DNA of 63,866 nt, counting the filler, from Chiloscyllium plagiosum (taxonomy: Eukaryota): assembly GCF_004010195.1 (NCBI RefSeq). It is 3 parts of one record of this genome, joined end to end, with 100 filler letters (N's around TTAATTAATTAA, not from the genome) between each part and the next. Parts side by side here need not be neighbours in the genome. Positions count along the whole stretch, not along the records: positions 1 to 27,518 come from NC_057711.1; 2 more parts are not named here. One strand, written 5' to 3'. The notes under the pieces were generated by a model that saw only the letters and a list, made by a program, of their open reading frames with translations, was not told the origin of the DNA and searched no databases. Numbering within the stretch: the first letter of the stretch is position 1; every line of letters starts with the position of its first letter. Both the position numbers and the translations under genes were made by a program. Below are positions 1-12,888 of the stretch, in pieces.

Positions 1-265
1 CTAGGCCATTTCTTGCCTATCCCTAATTGTCCAGAGTACAGTTAAGTGTCAGCCATATTCCTCCACTAATGGACATTAGCAAAGCAGATCGATTTTTTGA
101 AAATTGATAGTGGTTACATAGTCACTATTGGGCTAACCTTTTATTCTAAATTTTCTATTGAATTCAAATTCTACCATCTGCTGTGGTGGGATTCAAAGCA
201 ATGATTCCCAGAATACTAACCTGGAGTTTTGGATTACTAGCCCAGTGACTCTACTACTACTGCCA
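1..265 (-). mobile_element. Old tRNA-headed SINE-like element (same head family as 40726)
   Basis: Minus strand reads TGGCAGTAGTAGTAGAGTCACTGGGCTAGTAATCC...TTTGAATCCCACCACAGCAGATGG, which is A/B-box-like and similar to the head at 40726-40810. Boundaries are approximate. Confidence 0.5.
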
Positions 266-974
266 TTGTCTCTACTCAGATAAAATCATAAAGATAGTTT
301 TAGAAAATACATATGATTGGTAGATATAGGTTTTATTTAATTTAGTCAAGGAATGCCATCCGACAAACCTTCACAAACCATGCAATTAGTCATATATAAT
401 TAAATATCTAAATTAAATGTAGATTAAAGTGGGATTAGAGATCATTCGTTCCTTTCAAATGTCAAGGCATTTTCAGGAGATTCAAGATGACAGTCATCTG
501 AGTAGATCTGCCTTGCTCAGCTCTGCACCCAGCCCAGGTGTAGTGATACTTTTTACTCTGCTGCCCCTCCCCCCACCCTACCTTTTTTCAGAGAAAATTT
601 ATGTTAAATGGTTGTGAAACCATTTAAATCCATTTGTATTGGAGCTTTGATTGTCTGAGTGAGACGGGCGGGGAGTTTGGATGGCTGGAAACAAGCAGTT
701 ATCCATAATTGTCAGTTGTCAGAGTGTCTCTCGATTATCCAGCAAATCACATCATAGTGCCGGTTAGCCGATAGCTGATTGAGTGCCGGTTATCAAACAT
801 CTCTCGATTATCTGGCAATGCATGCCATAATGCTGTTTAACTGATAACTGAATGCTAGGTTGCCTGGTGCCGTTTTTGCAGGGCCTTAGGATCTTGTTCG
901 GATGGTCCGGGATTCGGATGGTTGATGTTCGGATAGTCAAGGTTCTACTGTAAATCCTTTTTGAGTGAGCTAGG

Positions 975-1802
975 ATGACGAAAGGAAAGCATACCGGCCT
1001 TAACACACAGGACACTTGCTGAAGGCATCAGGCATGCTGAGAAAGAGGTACCTGCGCAGCAGACCGTCGCTGAAGACCTTGTAGCGATCCAAGGGATGAT
1101 CAAGGAGTTGATGGAAGACAATCGCACTCGGTTAGAGCCAATATCAGTCATGCTACAAAAGCATGAGAAGGAGTTGGAAGGGTTCAGGAAATGAGTTGAA
1201 GAGGTTAAGCGGAGGACCGCGGCATCGGAAATAGAGTCCTCGGTGGGGCAGATCCAGGCCCTCATAAAACAGGTCCAGGCCTTGACTGACCAGATCGATG
1301 GGCTGGAAAATCGAGGTAAGAAGAAATATATCCGGGTCGTTGGGCTGCTTAGGGAGTGGAAAGTGGGCAGCTAGCAAGCTTTTTTTGAACACTGGCTGCC
1401 ACAGTCTGTTGGCTGGAATACCGAGGCGGACCGGTTGAAGGTTGACAGAGTTCTGACAGAGTTCACCGGGTTGCAGGGTGCAGATCCGGTCTGGATTGGC
1501 ATGCCCGCCCAGTCCTGGTATGATTTCAAAGCTATGGGGACAAGCAGAGAGTCCTGGAATCTTCTAGAAGGGTGGGGAAAGATCCACAGTCCCTGACTTA
1601 CCAGGGAACTAAAATAATATTTTTCCAGGACTTTTCTGTGGCGGTGATCCGTAAAAGGAAATCATTTGATGAGGTCAAGAGAAAAGTAAGGGATCTTGTT
1701 TTCAATATTTGATGAGCTACCCAGTGGTGCTTCGTATTACTCACGGTGCGATTATTTGTCTTCTCAGAATAAGTGAAAAGTTTCTTGGACACTTTAAAAT
1801 AA
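975..1802 (+). pseudogene. L1 ORF1p remnant (coiled-coil/RRM, disrupted)
   Basis: ATG at 975 with an early stop. A heptad-like stretch is followed by LENRGKKKYIRVVG (~1303-1345), matching the L1 ORF1p LENRSRRNNLRI.G motif. Ends at TAA 1800-1802. Confidence 0.75.
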
Positions 1803-2215
1803 TTCGGATGGATTTATAGACATGGGCAATAATGTCTGTTTTCTTTTCCTCTTGCTAGCTTTCTTGTAATGTTCTGAAGGAAGCTGTTGTTGGTGTGTTT
1901 TCTTTCTCTCTGATTAGGATTGGTGTTGGTATATAGTTGGGTGCGGGCAGAGTGCTCATTATTTTGTCTGTTTCCTTCTGTTGTTTGGGTCTGGGGTGTG
2001 ACTTGAGCTGGAAAGGAGGATGGAGTTGTGTGTGGGAGGTGTAAGTGCCCTCTATGCTCAGGGTGTAGAGTCCCCCAGTAAGTGACTTTTGTGTTTTGTA
2101 GTTAGTTTTGTGTTCTGGTTTTCGCAAATAGACACCACGAGTCTTCTTTGGTATATGCCGTGTGCTGTAAGTCGAATGCTTTCCCTCGGCAGGTCAAAGG
2201 TGGTTGTAAAAGATC

Positions 2216-5200
2216 ATGGCTAGCAGTGTTCTTAAATGGTGCACCTGGAATATTAGAGGGATCCATTCGCCAGTTAAAAGGAAGTGTTGTTGAGCCTTAA
2301 AAAGGAGAGGGTGAATGTTGCCCTGTTGCAGGAGACTCACCTTAATGACAAGGAACACTTGAAGTTACAGCAGGGAGTGTTTGATTGGGTGTTTTTCTCA
2401 TCCTTTAACACTAAGAGCAGGGGGGTGGCCATACTTGTCTAGAAGAATCTTCCATTTAATTTAATAGATTGTGTTAAAGATGAATATGGCCGGTTTGTTA
2501 TCCTTAAAGCTCTAACACATGGCGAGGAATTTGGTATTTTGAATGTCTATTGTCCTCCTGCCCAATCCCTTAAATTTTTGACTGATGAACTATCTGAACT
2601 GATGGCCTTTGCATCGCGGTATGTTATTATGGGGAAGCTTTAATGGATCCTGTGCTGGATAAAATGCCCAAAGGCCCCCCCAAAGCTTTCTCCACAATCT
2701 AACAGTTGGGTGACCTATGTGTGGAACTGGGGTTGGTAGACATTTGGAGACATTTTCATTCTATGGGCAGGGACTTTACGTTCTTTTCCAAACCTCATAA
2801 GTGCCATACAAAGACTGATATTTTCCTAACTCCCGGGGCTCATCTAGATTCGATTATATCTTGTTCAATTGGGAATATTGCCAGGTCTGATCATGCAGCA
2901 GTATATTTAGGGTCGGGATTAGGGCAATGCAATTAGCTCATAGTGCTGGTAAATGGATCCCTTCACCCTCAAGTTCGTTGGGAATTTGAAGAATTTTTGG
3001 CCACCAACTCTGCTACAGCTAGTAATCCATCCATTCTTTGGGAGACTGCTAAGGCCTATGCTAGAGGGATAATGATCTCACACTCAGCCAGTCAGAAGCG
3101 ATCTAAGGGAGAGCAGCAGCATCTGCTCAATGCACAACTGAAGGCAGCTGAGACAGTATATTACACTACACCATCAGTGACTAAGTTGCAGCGGATCACA
3201 GCTCTTTGATCCGCCTTAAACTCCATGTTTATGCATACAGCCAAGAAGGAACTTTTCTTTGCGAAGCAAAGCTTATTTGAGCATGCTGATAGGTCAGGTA
3301 AATATTTGGCACACCTGGTTAGGAAGAAGATTGCCTCCCAATCTATTGCTTCTATTAGGGAAGGGAATAGGACTCTTACTTGTAATGCTAAAAAGATCAA
3401 TGCGGCATTTCAGAGGTTCTGTTCTGAACTGTAACAGTCTGAATGTTGAGGATAGACAGGATAAAATGGAATCTTTTTTTAGGAACTCAGATCTTCTGGG
3501 AGTGTCTGCTGAGCAGGCGTCTCTCCTTAGTGCTCCATTAACAGCACCAAAGATACAGGAGACGGGTGAGGCAATTTTAAAGTGGAAAGGCACCCGGCCC
3601 TGATGGTCTTCCCAGAGATTTCTTCTCATTGGGAAATTCCTGATGGGAATTTGTAAACATACTGTCAGGACTGATGCTAGACATGTATAACTATTCTTAT
3701 AGTTGTGAATGCCTCCTGCCATCCTTGAGAGAGGCTACTATCTCTCTTATCCTCAAGAAGGGGAAGGCCCTGGAGGATTGTGGTTCTTACAGACTATCTT
3801 GCTCTTAAATTCTGATTATAAAATTTTGTCTAAGGTTTTGGCTTTGAGGTTGGAAGGGGAATTGCCCTCTATTGTTAAAGAAGATCAGACAGGCTTTATA
3901 AAGGGTCGCCGATCCTCTAATAATATTAGGAGGTTGCTTAACATGATTCAAGTGTGCCAGCAGCGATCCGTTCAAGGGTCGGTGATCTCTTTGGATGTGG
4001 AGAAGGCATTTGATCGGGTGGAATGGCCATATCTGTTTTATATCTTGGAGCTTTTTGACCTGGGTGAAGTGTTTACTAGATGGGTAAGGGTCCTTTACGG
4101 TGATCCTCTGGTGGCGGTTCTCACCAATGGTATAAGGTCTGACAATTTTAACATTGGTGGGGCAGTCGGCAAGGCTGTCCCCTTTCACCTTCACTTTTCA
4201 CATTGTTGATTGAGCTGTTGGTGGAGGCCATTCATGGGGACCCTAATCTAGCTGCCCCAAAGGTGGGGTCGAATGTGCATAAGATTACACTACATGTGGA
4301 TAATGTTCTTATTTTTCTCTCAAACCCAGCAATCTCGGTGTCCTGTTTGATATAGTGTATTAATTCACTAATTAATTCATTTGGTTCTTTCTCAGGTTAC
4401 AAGATCAATTTTTCAAATTGAGGGCCTTAGGGGAATGCCTGGCGTGAAAGGTGGGTTCCCCTTTAAGTGGGCAGAGGCAGACTTTCATTACTTGAGCCTC
4501 TCAGTAACCCCTAGCTTTGATGAGCTATTCAAGGCTAATTTTGTTCATTTGTTTGACAAGATTAAACAAGACCTTAAAAGATGTGGGGGCCCTTCCAATA
4601 TCTCAGTTGGGTCGAGTCGCTCTTATCAAAATGAACATTCTTCCTCGCTTATTGTACCTTTTGTGGATCCTCCCTTTGCTCTTTCCTAGGCAAACATTTC
4701 AGAAATTGAATGGCTGGTTTAGTTCTTTTATTTGGCACTATAAGTGGCCCTTTATTAAGCTTGCCAAACTGCAACTGGCCCAGGGACTGGGGGGAGTGGA
4801 CCTCCCGGACATTAGACGATATCAACTGAACTCTTTCCTATCTTTTTGTAAGTGACTGAGCCTGTGAGAACTTGGCATCAACATGGTTGGACACTGAGAC
4901 CTCCCAGATGGAATGTCCTCTTATCAACCTGTTGTTTTTAGACAAAATGAGGACAGTTGTGAAACATTGCCGTAATCCAACAGTTACTAACACGGTCAAA
5001 GCATGGAGGGCAATGAGGCAGATGGAGGGTAATATGGTTAACACACCTTTTCTTACTCTCATAGTTGGCATGCTGGGTTTCCAGCCAGGGACAATGGATC
5101 CCAGATTTAACGGATTGGAAGTCTCTTATCTGGGTGATCTGTTTGAGGGTGAAACGTTGGTGTTGTTTGATCAAATAACTCCTAAGTATGGATTATCGAG

Positions 5201-5957
5201 TAGGGACCTTTTGCATTTCTGTCAGATTAGAGATTTTATCCGAAAGGAGATCACGCTCTTGACTGAGTGTTATAGATCTGATACGGAAAAGAGGTAAGAG
5301 CACTCTTTCAGTGAGTACTCTCTATCATTTGTTGGGGGGAGGTTCCTCGGATTACATTGAGTGTCTACATGAGGTCTGGGAGAGAGAGGGGTGAAGATCA
5401 CTTCAGAAATGGGAGGACATTTGAAAGAATATGAAGAGGATTTCAATATGTAATAGGACCCATGTTATACCATTAAAGATTCTTCATAGGGCTTATCTGG
5501 CCCTAGATCGCCTTGCAAAATTTAAGGAGGGAGCATCTTCAATGTGCCCCAAATATAAGATAAATATGGGTACCCTCACTCATTGTCTGTGGTCCTGCCA
5601 CAGACTTCGTGTGTACTGGAGCACTGTAGCAGGTGTAATAGAGGGGGTCTTGGGGACCAATGTCAAAGTCGACTCAGTCTCTTTACTCCTGGGTTTGCTG
5701 AATTTACCTCCCTTAGATGTACATGGGAAAAAGATTTTTAATATTCTCACATTTTGTGCGAGGAAGAACATTCTGATGTGCTGGGTGTCTGAGAATGCCG
5801 CAGGTCTGTCCAAGTAGCGCAAGTTAAATTATGGAACATATTCCTTTAGATGTTTTTACAAATATGGTGCACCAGAAAATGGACAACTTTTACAAGACAT
5901 GGCAGCCCTTTTTGAATTACTTAAATGTTCGCCATTTTGATTAGGGTTTTTGTCTAG
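2216..5957 (+). pseudogene. L1 ORF2p remnant (APE endonuclease, reverse transcriptase, C-terminal Cys-rich domain), with many stops and frameshifts
   Basis: Motifs seen: MASSVLKWCTWNIRG and LQETH (APE), SDHAAV, LLNSDYKILSKVLA, DQTGFIKGR, SLDVEKAFDRVEW, degenerate YADD (LHVDNVL ~4291), KMNILPRLLYL, and MCPK...GTLTHCLWSC. Confidence 0.9.
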
Positions 5958-6324
5958 CCATGATGGTTTAGTCTGATAAACCTAATGCCATGGGAGAAAG
6001 AATTTCGAACAAATGCGGGTTTAATAATTGATGGTCTCAAAGGTTGAGAGTTAAGGTCTTGTTGTGCTGAGCGGCGTTACTTATTTACTTATTGATTTGC
6101 AATAGGTGTAGTTTTGATTTCTTTTGTAAAGCAGAACAGTAGTTGATTTATTGTTTATTGTGTTTTTGATGTTATGATGTTCTATTTTCATAAAAAAAAT
6201 TTCAATCAAACTATTTTTTTAAAAAAGGCATTTTCAATTTTGAATGTCACCATTATTGATGCTTCCTTAGCCTCCAGCTGAATCACTTAAAGAGATAGAA
6301 ACAAACATAAAATGCTCATCTGGA

Positions 6325-6835
6325 GCAATGCATCTAGTTCTGGGCATTGTACTTTAGAAATGATGTGAAGGATGCTGAAGAAATTTGTAACAATAGTTCC
6401 AGCAATGCAGAACTTCAGTTTCAGTGAAAGATTGTAAACGTTGGGACCATTCTACTTGGAGAAGGTTGAAAAGAGGTTTGATACAGGTATTCAAATTCAT
6501 GAGAGGTCTGACCAGTGCAGATTGGGAGAAACTGATTGCACTCATTGAAGGATTGAGAATCAGAGGGCAAACATTTAAAGTAATTAGCAAATGATGCAAT
6601 TATACATGAGGAAATCCCTTCCCATGCAATGAGTGATTAGGATTTGGAATGTACCTTCTGAGTGTGACAGTAGCAGATTTAACTGAGGCTTTCAAAAATA
6701 ATTGGAACATTATATTAAAAGGAAAAACAAAATGCAGGGCAGGGGAGTGGCAATGAGTGAACAGTTTCTTTACAGAAAAGACACAATGGGCTGAATGGGT
6801 TTCTTTTCCATGCTGTAATCATTCTCTAATTCTAT
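6325..6835 (+). mobile_element. CR1-clade LINE 3' fragment
   Basis: Typical CR1 3' ORF2 end (GAGAAGGTTGAAAAGAGGTTTGATACAGGTATTCAAATTCATGAGAGG...) followed by TGGGCTGAATGG and a TTCTCTAATTCTAT tail. Confidence 0.7.
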
Positions 6836-8316
6836 AGACTGCAGAATACCTATCTGGAAAATAGTAAAGAAAGGAATAAAACTAACCAGTTGAATCTTCC
6901 CCAAAATATTGTAGCACTCAAGGGTTTTTAAAAAACACTATTTTTGCTTTTATACAGTTTTCAAAACTATTGCACTATGTTAATGAGCTATGACATTTTT
7001 TTGCTTTAGCAACATCATTTTCTGGTATTATTAACAAGTATTTTTCAAATAAACCTTGATGATCTTAAACTTGAATAAGCAATAATTTCAAGAAGAACTG
7101 TACACATCAGTTGGAAATCTTACTTTTTTAATTAGGCGTGGGTTTGAAAAGTAAGAATGAAGGTCTTTGACTGTAAAACAAAGCTCTCGGTGAAAATACA
7201 CCACTAGCTGTTTAACTAGAAATGTTCCTATTAGCTCCATCTTTGACTCAAATCATTTAGAGCTATTTATGCTGAAACTGTCTCAAATCCCAAAATTTGC
7301 TGCAGTGAGGGAACAACCAGAAGAAAAAAAATGCCAGTACTAAAAACGGGATTGTTCAAAAATGTAAACAGACAACAGACCAATTTTTATAATGAGATAT
7401 GTTTTTGTGTCATGAAATCATGCATGAAAGGATAGTTTTTAAATTGCATATGCTTCAAATGTTGCTTGAAGCGACAAAGGCTTTGCGTGCCTGGCTTAGA
7501 GCCAGTTGACAACTCAGCTGGATGTGAGTGAACATTCTGACCCCCCCTTGCAGTGCATCACTTCTGAATTGTTTCCGCAGCAGAAAGTTTATTCAACCTC
7601 TCTCTTAAAAGCACTGAACCGACTATCATTCTGCTGTTTAATCATAGCAAAACATGTTATTTTTCTGACAGCACTGAAGCCAGAGTGCAATCCTAATGAA
7701 CAGCTTGATACAAGAAGAATTTGAAATGTTTTAGTCTCAATTAATTCTGCTGTCAAAACAAATGGTAATCGTTGGTACTTAGATGTTGAGCTCGCTCACA
7801 AAGGTCAAGTTTTGTATACAGAAAACATATCCAAGCAATTTCTAATTTGTGTTTGATGCCTTTCATTTCTAAAAAAAATAGAAAATTGCAGCTTTTTAAT
7901 AATATAATGAAATAGCTGGAAATCAACATGCACATATATTGCTAAAAAGCCTTTTTTACATTGGGACTCAGAAGCTATGTAAATTATTTATGTTATGTTA
8001 AGAAAGGTATTAGAAATATTTGAATTGATATATAAAACCAAAAACGTGATCAGAAAATATTTTTCAACAGAACCACACTTTTTTTTTAAAAATACACAGG
8101 TCTTTGCCAAGTGTAAAGTGACAGGTATTCTTATCTGTAAGAAATGATAACAATTCTGGACACCCTAATAAACAGTAACAATCATACACTTTTAGAATTG
8201 AATTTTTCATTTTTTTTTAATAAAACATTAAAAGATGTGACTAAATTAAGATTAAAATCTAAAAATAGAGTATTATAAAACAACTGTGAGCTAGTCTTGT
8301 GCCCATGATACATTTA

Positions 8317-8392
8317 CAAATAAAAACCAGAAACTGCTAAAGAAATTCACAAACTCTGTAATGTTTTGAGTCCAATGACTCTTCTTCAGAAC
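8317..8392 (-). mobile_element. Old PLE terminal-repeat relic with degenerate hammerhead-like core
   Basis: Minus strand reads CTGAAGA-A-GAGTC-ATTG-GACTC-AAAAC, the same architecture as the younger PLE motifs but with GAAA mutated. Confidence 0.45.
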
Positions 8393-8419
8393 TATTCGCA
8401 GTGTAAATTAATAATCTAG

Positions 8420-9240
8420 ACTCAAATGAAGGATGTTTGAATAGCAAGATCACAAATGGTACAAAAATTGTTGGTATAGTAAATAGCAAGGAAAGCCTTA
8501 GACTATAAGATTTAGACAGATTGGTTAGATGGGCAGAACAGTGGCAGATGGGAATTCAATCTTGAAAAGTGCAGTATGATACATTTGCGAGACTAACCAA
8601 GCAAGGGAATACATGTTGCATGTAAAATCCTAGGAAGTATAGAAGATCAGCGGGTCCTTGGTTTGCCGATCCATATACCCTTCATCTCAACTAGGGTGGT
8701 GCATAAGCAAGCATATGGAATGCTTGTCTTTATTGGTTGAGATATTGAACAAAACGCAGGCAAGTTATGATGGGGCTGTATAAGATATTAGGCCACAACT
8801 CAAGTATTCTGTGCAATTCTGGTCGCCACATTATCGGAAGGATGCAACTGCACTGGAGAATATGGAGAGGAGAGTCATCAGGATGTTGCCTCGGCTGGAA
8901 TATTTCAGCTATGAAGAAAGACTAGGTAGGCTGGGATTGTTTTCTTTAGAGCACAGATAGGCTGGGGGAGTTCAAAACTAGGGGACATATTTTTAAGGTG
9001 AGAAGGGACAGATCTAAAAAGTACAAGGGGCAACTTCTTCTTTTAACAGAGATGTTTGTATGTGGAATGGACTGCCACAGGAAGTGGTGGATACAGGTAC
9101 AGTTACAACACTTAAAAGATGTTTGAATAAAATCATGAATAGGAAAGGTTTGGAGGGAAATGGGCCAAGTGCAAGCAAGTGGGACTAGTTTAGTTTGGAA
9201 ACATGGTCGGTGTGGACTGGTTGGACTAAATGGTCCAGAG
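8420..9240 (+). mobile_element. CR1-clade LINE 3' fragment
   Basis: RT and post-RT sequence (GGGCAGAACAGTGGCAGATGG..TTCAATC, CAATTCTGGTCGCCACATTAT) and a CR1/HER1-like 3'UTR. Confidence 0.75.
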
Positions 9241-9269
9241 AACATTTACTAGACTGATCTTTACAAAAA

Positions 9270-9680
9270 GGAGTTGATTAAGTTGGGCCAGTATATTAGT
9301 GTTTAGAAGACTGAAAGATAACCTCAATGAAACATGCCATATTCTTAGGGGACTTAGGTAGATTTATAAAGATGATTTCCCCTTTTGGGAGAGCCTGGGA
9401 CCAGAGGGCATAATCTGAGTATAAGTGATCATCAATTTAAAACAGAGATGAGGATGAATCTAGTCTCTCAGAGGATAGTCGATCTGTGGAATTATTTACT
9501 GCAGAGCTGTACAGTTGGGTCATCAAGTATATTCAATCTGAAATAGACAGATTTTTAATCAGGAAATTAAGGGTTATAGGGAAAAGATAGGAAAGTGAAG
9601 TTGAGACTATCAGATCTCATTGAATGGCCAATTAGACTCACTGGGCTGAAAAGGTCTTCTGTTGCTCTTATATTTATGGC
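9270..9680 (+). mobile_element. CR1-clade LINE 3' fragment (second subfamily)
   Basis: GTTTAGAAGACTGAAAGATAACCTCAATGAAAC...GGGCTGAAAAGGTCTTCTGTTGCTCTTATATTTATG matches other CR1 3' ends in the window, e.g. 51270-51675. Confidence 0.65.
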
Positions 9681-9904
9681 CCATTCTCTGTCTGGGAAGT
9701 ATCTTTCCACTCCTTCACTGTCACCAGATCAAGATCTTAAAACTCCCTGCCGAACTGCATTGTGGTGCACCGACAGCTTAGAGACTAAAGCAGTTCAAGA
9801 ACACATCACCTTCTGCAGCGCAGTTAAGGATGGCAACAAATTCTAGCCAAGTCAGTAATGCTCACTTCCCAAAAACAATTTTAAGAAAATATCTTTGATT
9901 TGGG

Positions 9905-10352
9905 AATGGTCCACAGCTTCCAAGTCAAGTCCTCCTTCAAGACTTTCACACAAAAATCAAACACAGCACTCCACTGTAGTGAGGATGGGAATGTTACACA
10001 GCCATAAGTACCACCTTTCAGGTGTGACATTAAATTGAGCCCCAATTATCTCGTTAGGTAAATGTAAAATGCCTCGTGGCACTATTTTGAAGAACAGTAG
10101 GCAGATGGTCCTCGGTGTACTTGTCCATGCTTATTTATCCCTCAGTCAACGTCACAAAAATAGATATTCTAGTCATTATCATAGTGATTTGTGTGTGACT
10201 TTGTTGTGTGCAAGTTTGGCTGCCACATTTGCTACACCACAATTTTTTGCATCACAATAATGATTATACTTTAAAAACACTACAATGGATTGGAGCACTT
10301 TGAGACGTCCAGTGTTCATGAAAAGTTCTACATGAGTAGAAATCTTTGTTTC
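9905..10352 (+). mobile_element. SacSINE1-like DeuSINE (Deu-domain SINE)
   Basis: Core CCACCTTTCAGGTGTGACATTAAATTGAGCCCC...GGTAAATGTAAAATGCCTCGTGGCACTATTTTGAAGAACAG...TTATCCCTCA matches the recalled Deu-domain consensus. The 3' tail GCACTTTGAGACGTCC...GAAA...TCTTT is also present. Confidence 0.7.
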
Positions 10353-11009
10353 TTTCACAACATACAGTTCAATTTTTACCATGTAACGGCATAAAGTCTG
10401 AAGGCATGATTTTCTGCACCGTATTTAAGGCCATATTGTTCTTCAAGAAATGATTTCATCAGCATTGCAGTCACTCAATTTTCACCATGTAACTGCATCG
10501 AGTCTATAGGCATGCCTGCATGATTTTCCGCAGCATTTTAAAGGCATTTTTATTCTATAGTTCAATGGACCATAAATGCAAATATTCCTTATGCTGGGCA
10601 GAATATAAGCACTTACTTTTAGTGAGACCACATCTGGAGTACAGCTAACAGTATGAAGAATTCGTCCTCTTCATTTAGAATGGATACAATAGAATTAGAA
10701 GCAGTTCAGGGAAGGCTGAAGGGGCTATCTAATAAGGAAACACTGTGCGGGTTGGGCAGGTATCCATTAGAACGCAGAAGAATGAGATGTGATCTTATTG
10801 AAACATATGGTATCTGAATGGGAAATGACCTGATGATGGCGAGATGATGTTTCTCTTGTGAGAGAAACTAAAACCAGGGAATACAGTTTAACAGTAAATG
10901 CTGATGGTGAAATCAGCACCGTAATACCAAGTACACAGTATCACAAATTATTCCACAGTTTTAATCTCAGTCAGGAAAAATTAACACACAAGCCAATATA
11001 GTATCTTAC

Positions 11010-11106
11010 CAGGTCTTTCTTTGCCAGTGCCTTTTGTTTCAGCAAACTTTTGTATTAAGCTCTCAACTGTAGTGCTCTCCATGTTCTGTACTAACTCATC
11101 ATGCAC
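11010..11106 (-). CDS. FCHO2: FCHO2-like F-BAR protein, internal exon ([33 protein letters not shown]), 97 nt
   Basis: Acceptor ctattttcag and donor gtaaga. The peptide matches recalled human FCHO2 [33 protein letters not shown]. In frame with the 99-nt upstream exon. Confidence 0.88.
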
Positions 11107-11229
11107 CTGAAAATAGATTTATTTTAATGAATAGATTTATTTAAATATTTGGAATTGACCTTGGTCATGTTTTTCTTTAGTTGTATTTGTTAAATGTTAT
11201 CATTATCAAGGCGATTATTTATTCCTCCT

Positions 11230-12850
11230 TCCTCGAACAAGTGGTGGAGAGTCGTCTTCAACCACTGTAATCTGTGTAGTGTGGCTCTCCCATAGTGCTG
11301 TTGTGACTTGGACAAATTTGGTTGTGCCTGCCTTTGTCCTTCTGGGTTAACAGAGATTGGGGATTTTGGTAGTACTCATAAATAAGCCTTGGTTAGTTGT
11401 AATGGCATACCTTGTGAGCAGTAGTTAACTGGGGTTAAATAAGGTTGTGGATCAGTGTTCTCTCTAATTTTATTTTCCTTCTGCACAAGTCTCTGAGGTT
11501 TGTGCATGGTATGTACTTCTAGAATTGGAAGTCAATGCTGCAATCCATGGCAACACTCTAATTGCCAAGCGCAAAACTTGCTCAGCTTAGAGGAAATGTT
11601 GTCCAGGATGGCATGCTAATAAGGTGGACTGTTTTGCTATAACAGTGTTAAACTTCTTGACTGTTGGTAAAGCCACAACCATTCAGGCAAGTGGAGACTA
11701 TTCTAGCACAGTTCTTGTCAATAGTGAGGATTTGAAGAACCAAGAGTAAATTACTTACCACAGAATACTAAACCCCTGACTTACTCTTGGAGCCATAACA
11801 TTTGTGTATCTGGTCCAGTTGGGTTTCTGAACATTGGAGACTCCTCAGGATGCTAATGACTGGAGATTTTGTGATGATAGTATCACTGGATATCAAGTGG
11901 AAGTGGTTAAAATCACTCATGTTAGACAGAATTATTGCTTGACATTTGTGAGACCCATACTTTATCAATGTTCTTAGAAAGTCTTGCTGCAATGTCCAGA
12001 GATAAAGGCAACTGGCCTCAAATAATAGCAATTACTTTTTATTTGTACCAGGTATGACTCCCATCCAGCAGAAGGCTTTCCTACTAAATTCAATTTTACT
12101 AGAACCCTCTTTGTTGCTGCACTCGGTGAAATATTGCTTTGATGTCAAGGCACATTCACTTAATTTCTGGCATTCACCTCTTTTGTCCATGTTTGGACTA
12201 ATGCTGTAATGAGGTGTAACGTCATATAGTCCTCATAGAACTCAAACTGTGCCTCAGGCAGGACCTTACTAGTGATTAAATCCTCCTTTTAGCTACTGAC
12301 ATTTTCCATCACTTTGCTATGAATGTGAGTTGGCTGGTGAATATAACAATTGCCCAGATGGAACTTGTCCCTTTGGTGGGAAGGGCATTCCTTGGAACTT
12401 CACGCATTGTTAAGTAGATGCCGGTGTTGTATCTGTAAAGGAAGAGCTTAGCTAGAGATGACACTAGTTCTGGAGCACATGTCTTCAGCACTAAGGTTTG
12501 TAATGTGCTTGCTGGCCATGATTTTTGCAACATTCAGTGTGGCCAAACATTCCAACATATAGATTGAATTGAATTAAAATTGGCATCTATGGTGCAAGGT
12601 ATCTATGGAGAGGGTGAGATCATCCACTTGGCACTTTCAGCTGAATATAACTGAAGGTTTCAGCATCATCTTTTGTGTACATATTGGGCTCAACCACCTT
12701 CAATAATGGAAACTTTCCCAAAGCCAACCTCTTCTCTTAAATGTTTAATAATCCCACCATTCATGTTGGGATTTGGCAGGACTACAGAGCTTTGATCTAA
12801 TCAATTGGCTGTGAACTCACTCATCTCTGTAGAATACTGCATCTATTGTT
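11230..12850 (-). mobile_element. Degenerate CR1/L2-type LINE (same family as 40726-42660)
   Basis: Minus-strand ORF LVLKTCAPELVSSLAKLF...NTGIY matches the RT N-terminal stretch also seen at ~41275-41340. Confidence 0.65.
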
Positions 12851-12888
12851 TAGCCTTTTTTTAAATACACTTGTTTACAGGATATAGG

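Larger units (their letters stand above)
476..6224 (+). mobile_element. Full-length, decayed L1-clade LINE (5'UTR, ORF1, long inter-ORF spacer, APE-RT ORF2, 3'UTR, A-rich tail)
   Basis: Perfect 12-bp TSD AAGGCATTTTCA at 464-475 and 6225-6236. The 5' end GGAGATTCAAGATGAC resembles the L1 CAAGATGGC start. ORF1 and ORF2 motifs are present, followed by a T-rich 3'UTR and an A-run. Confidence 0.92.
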
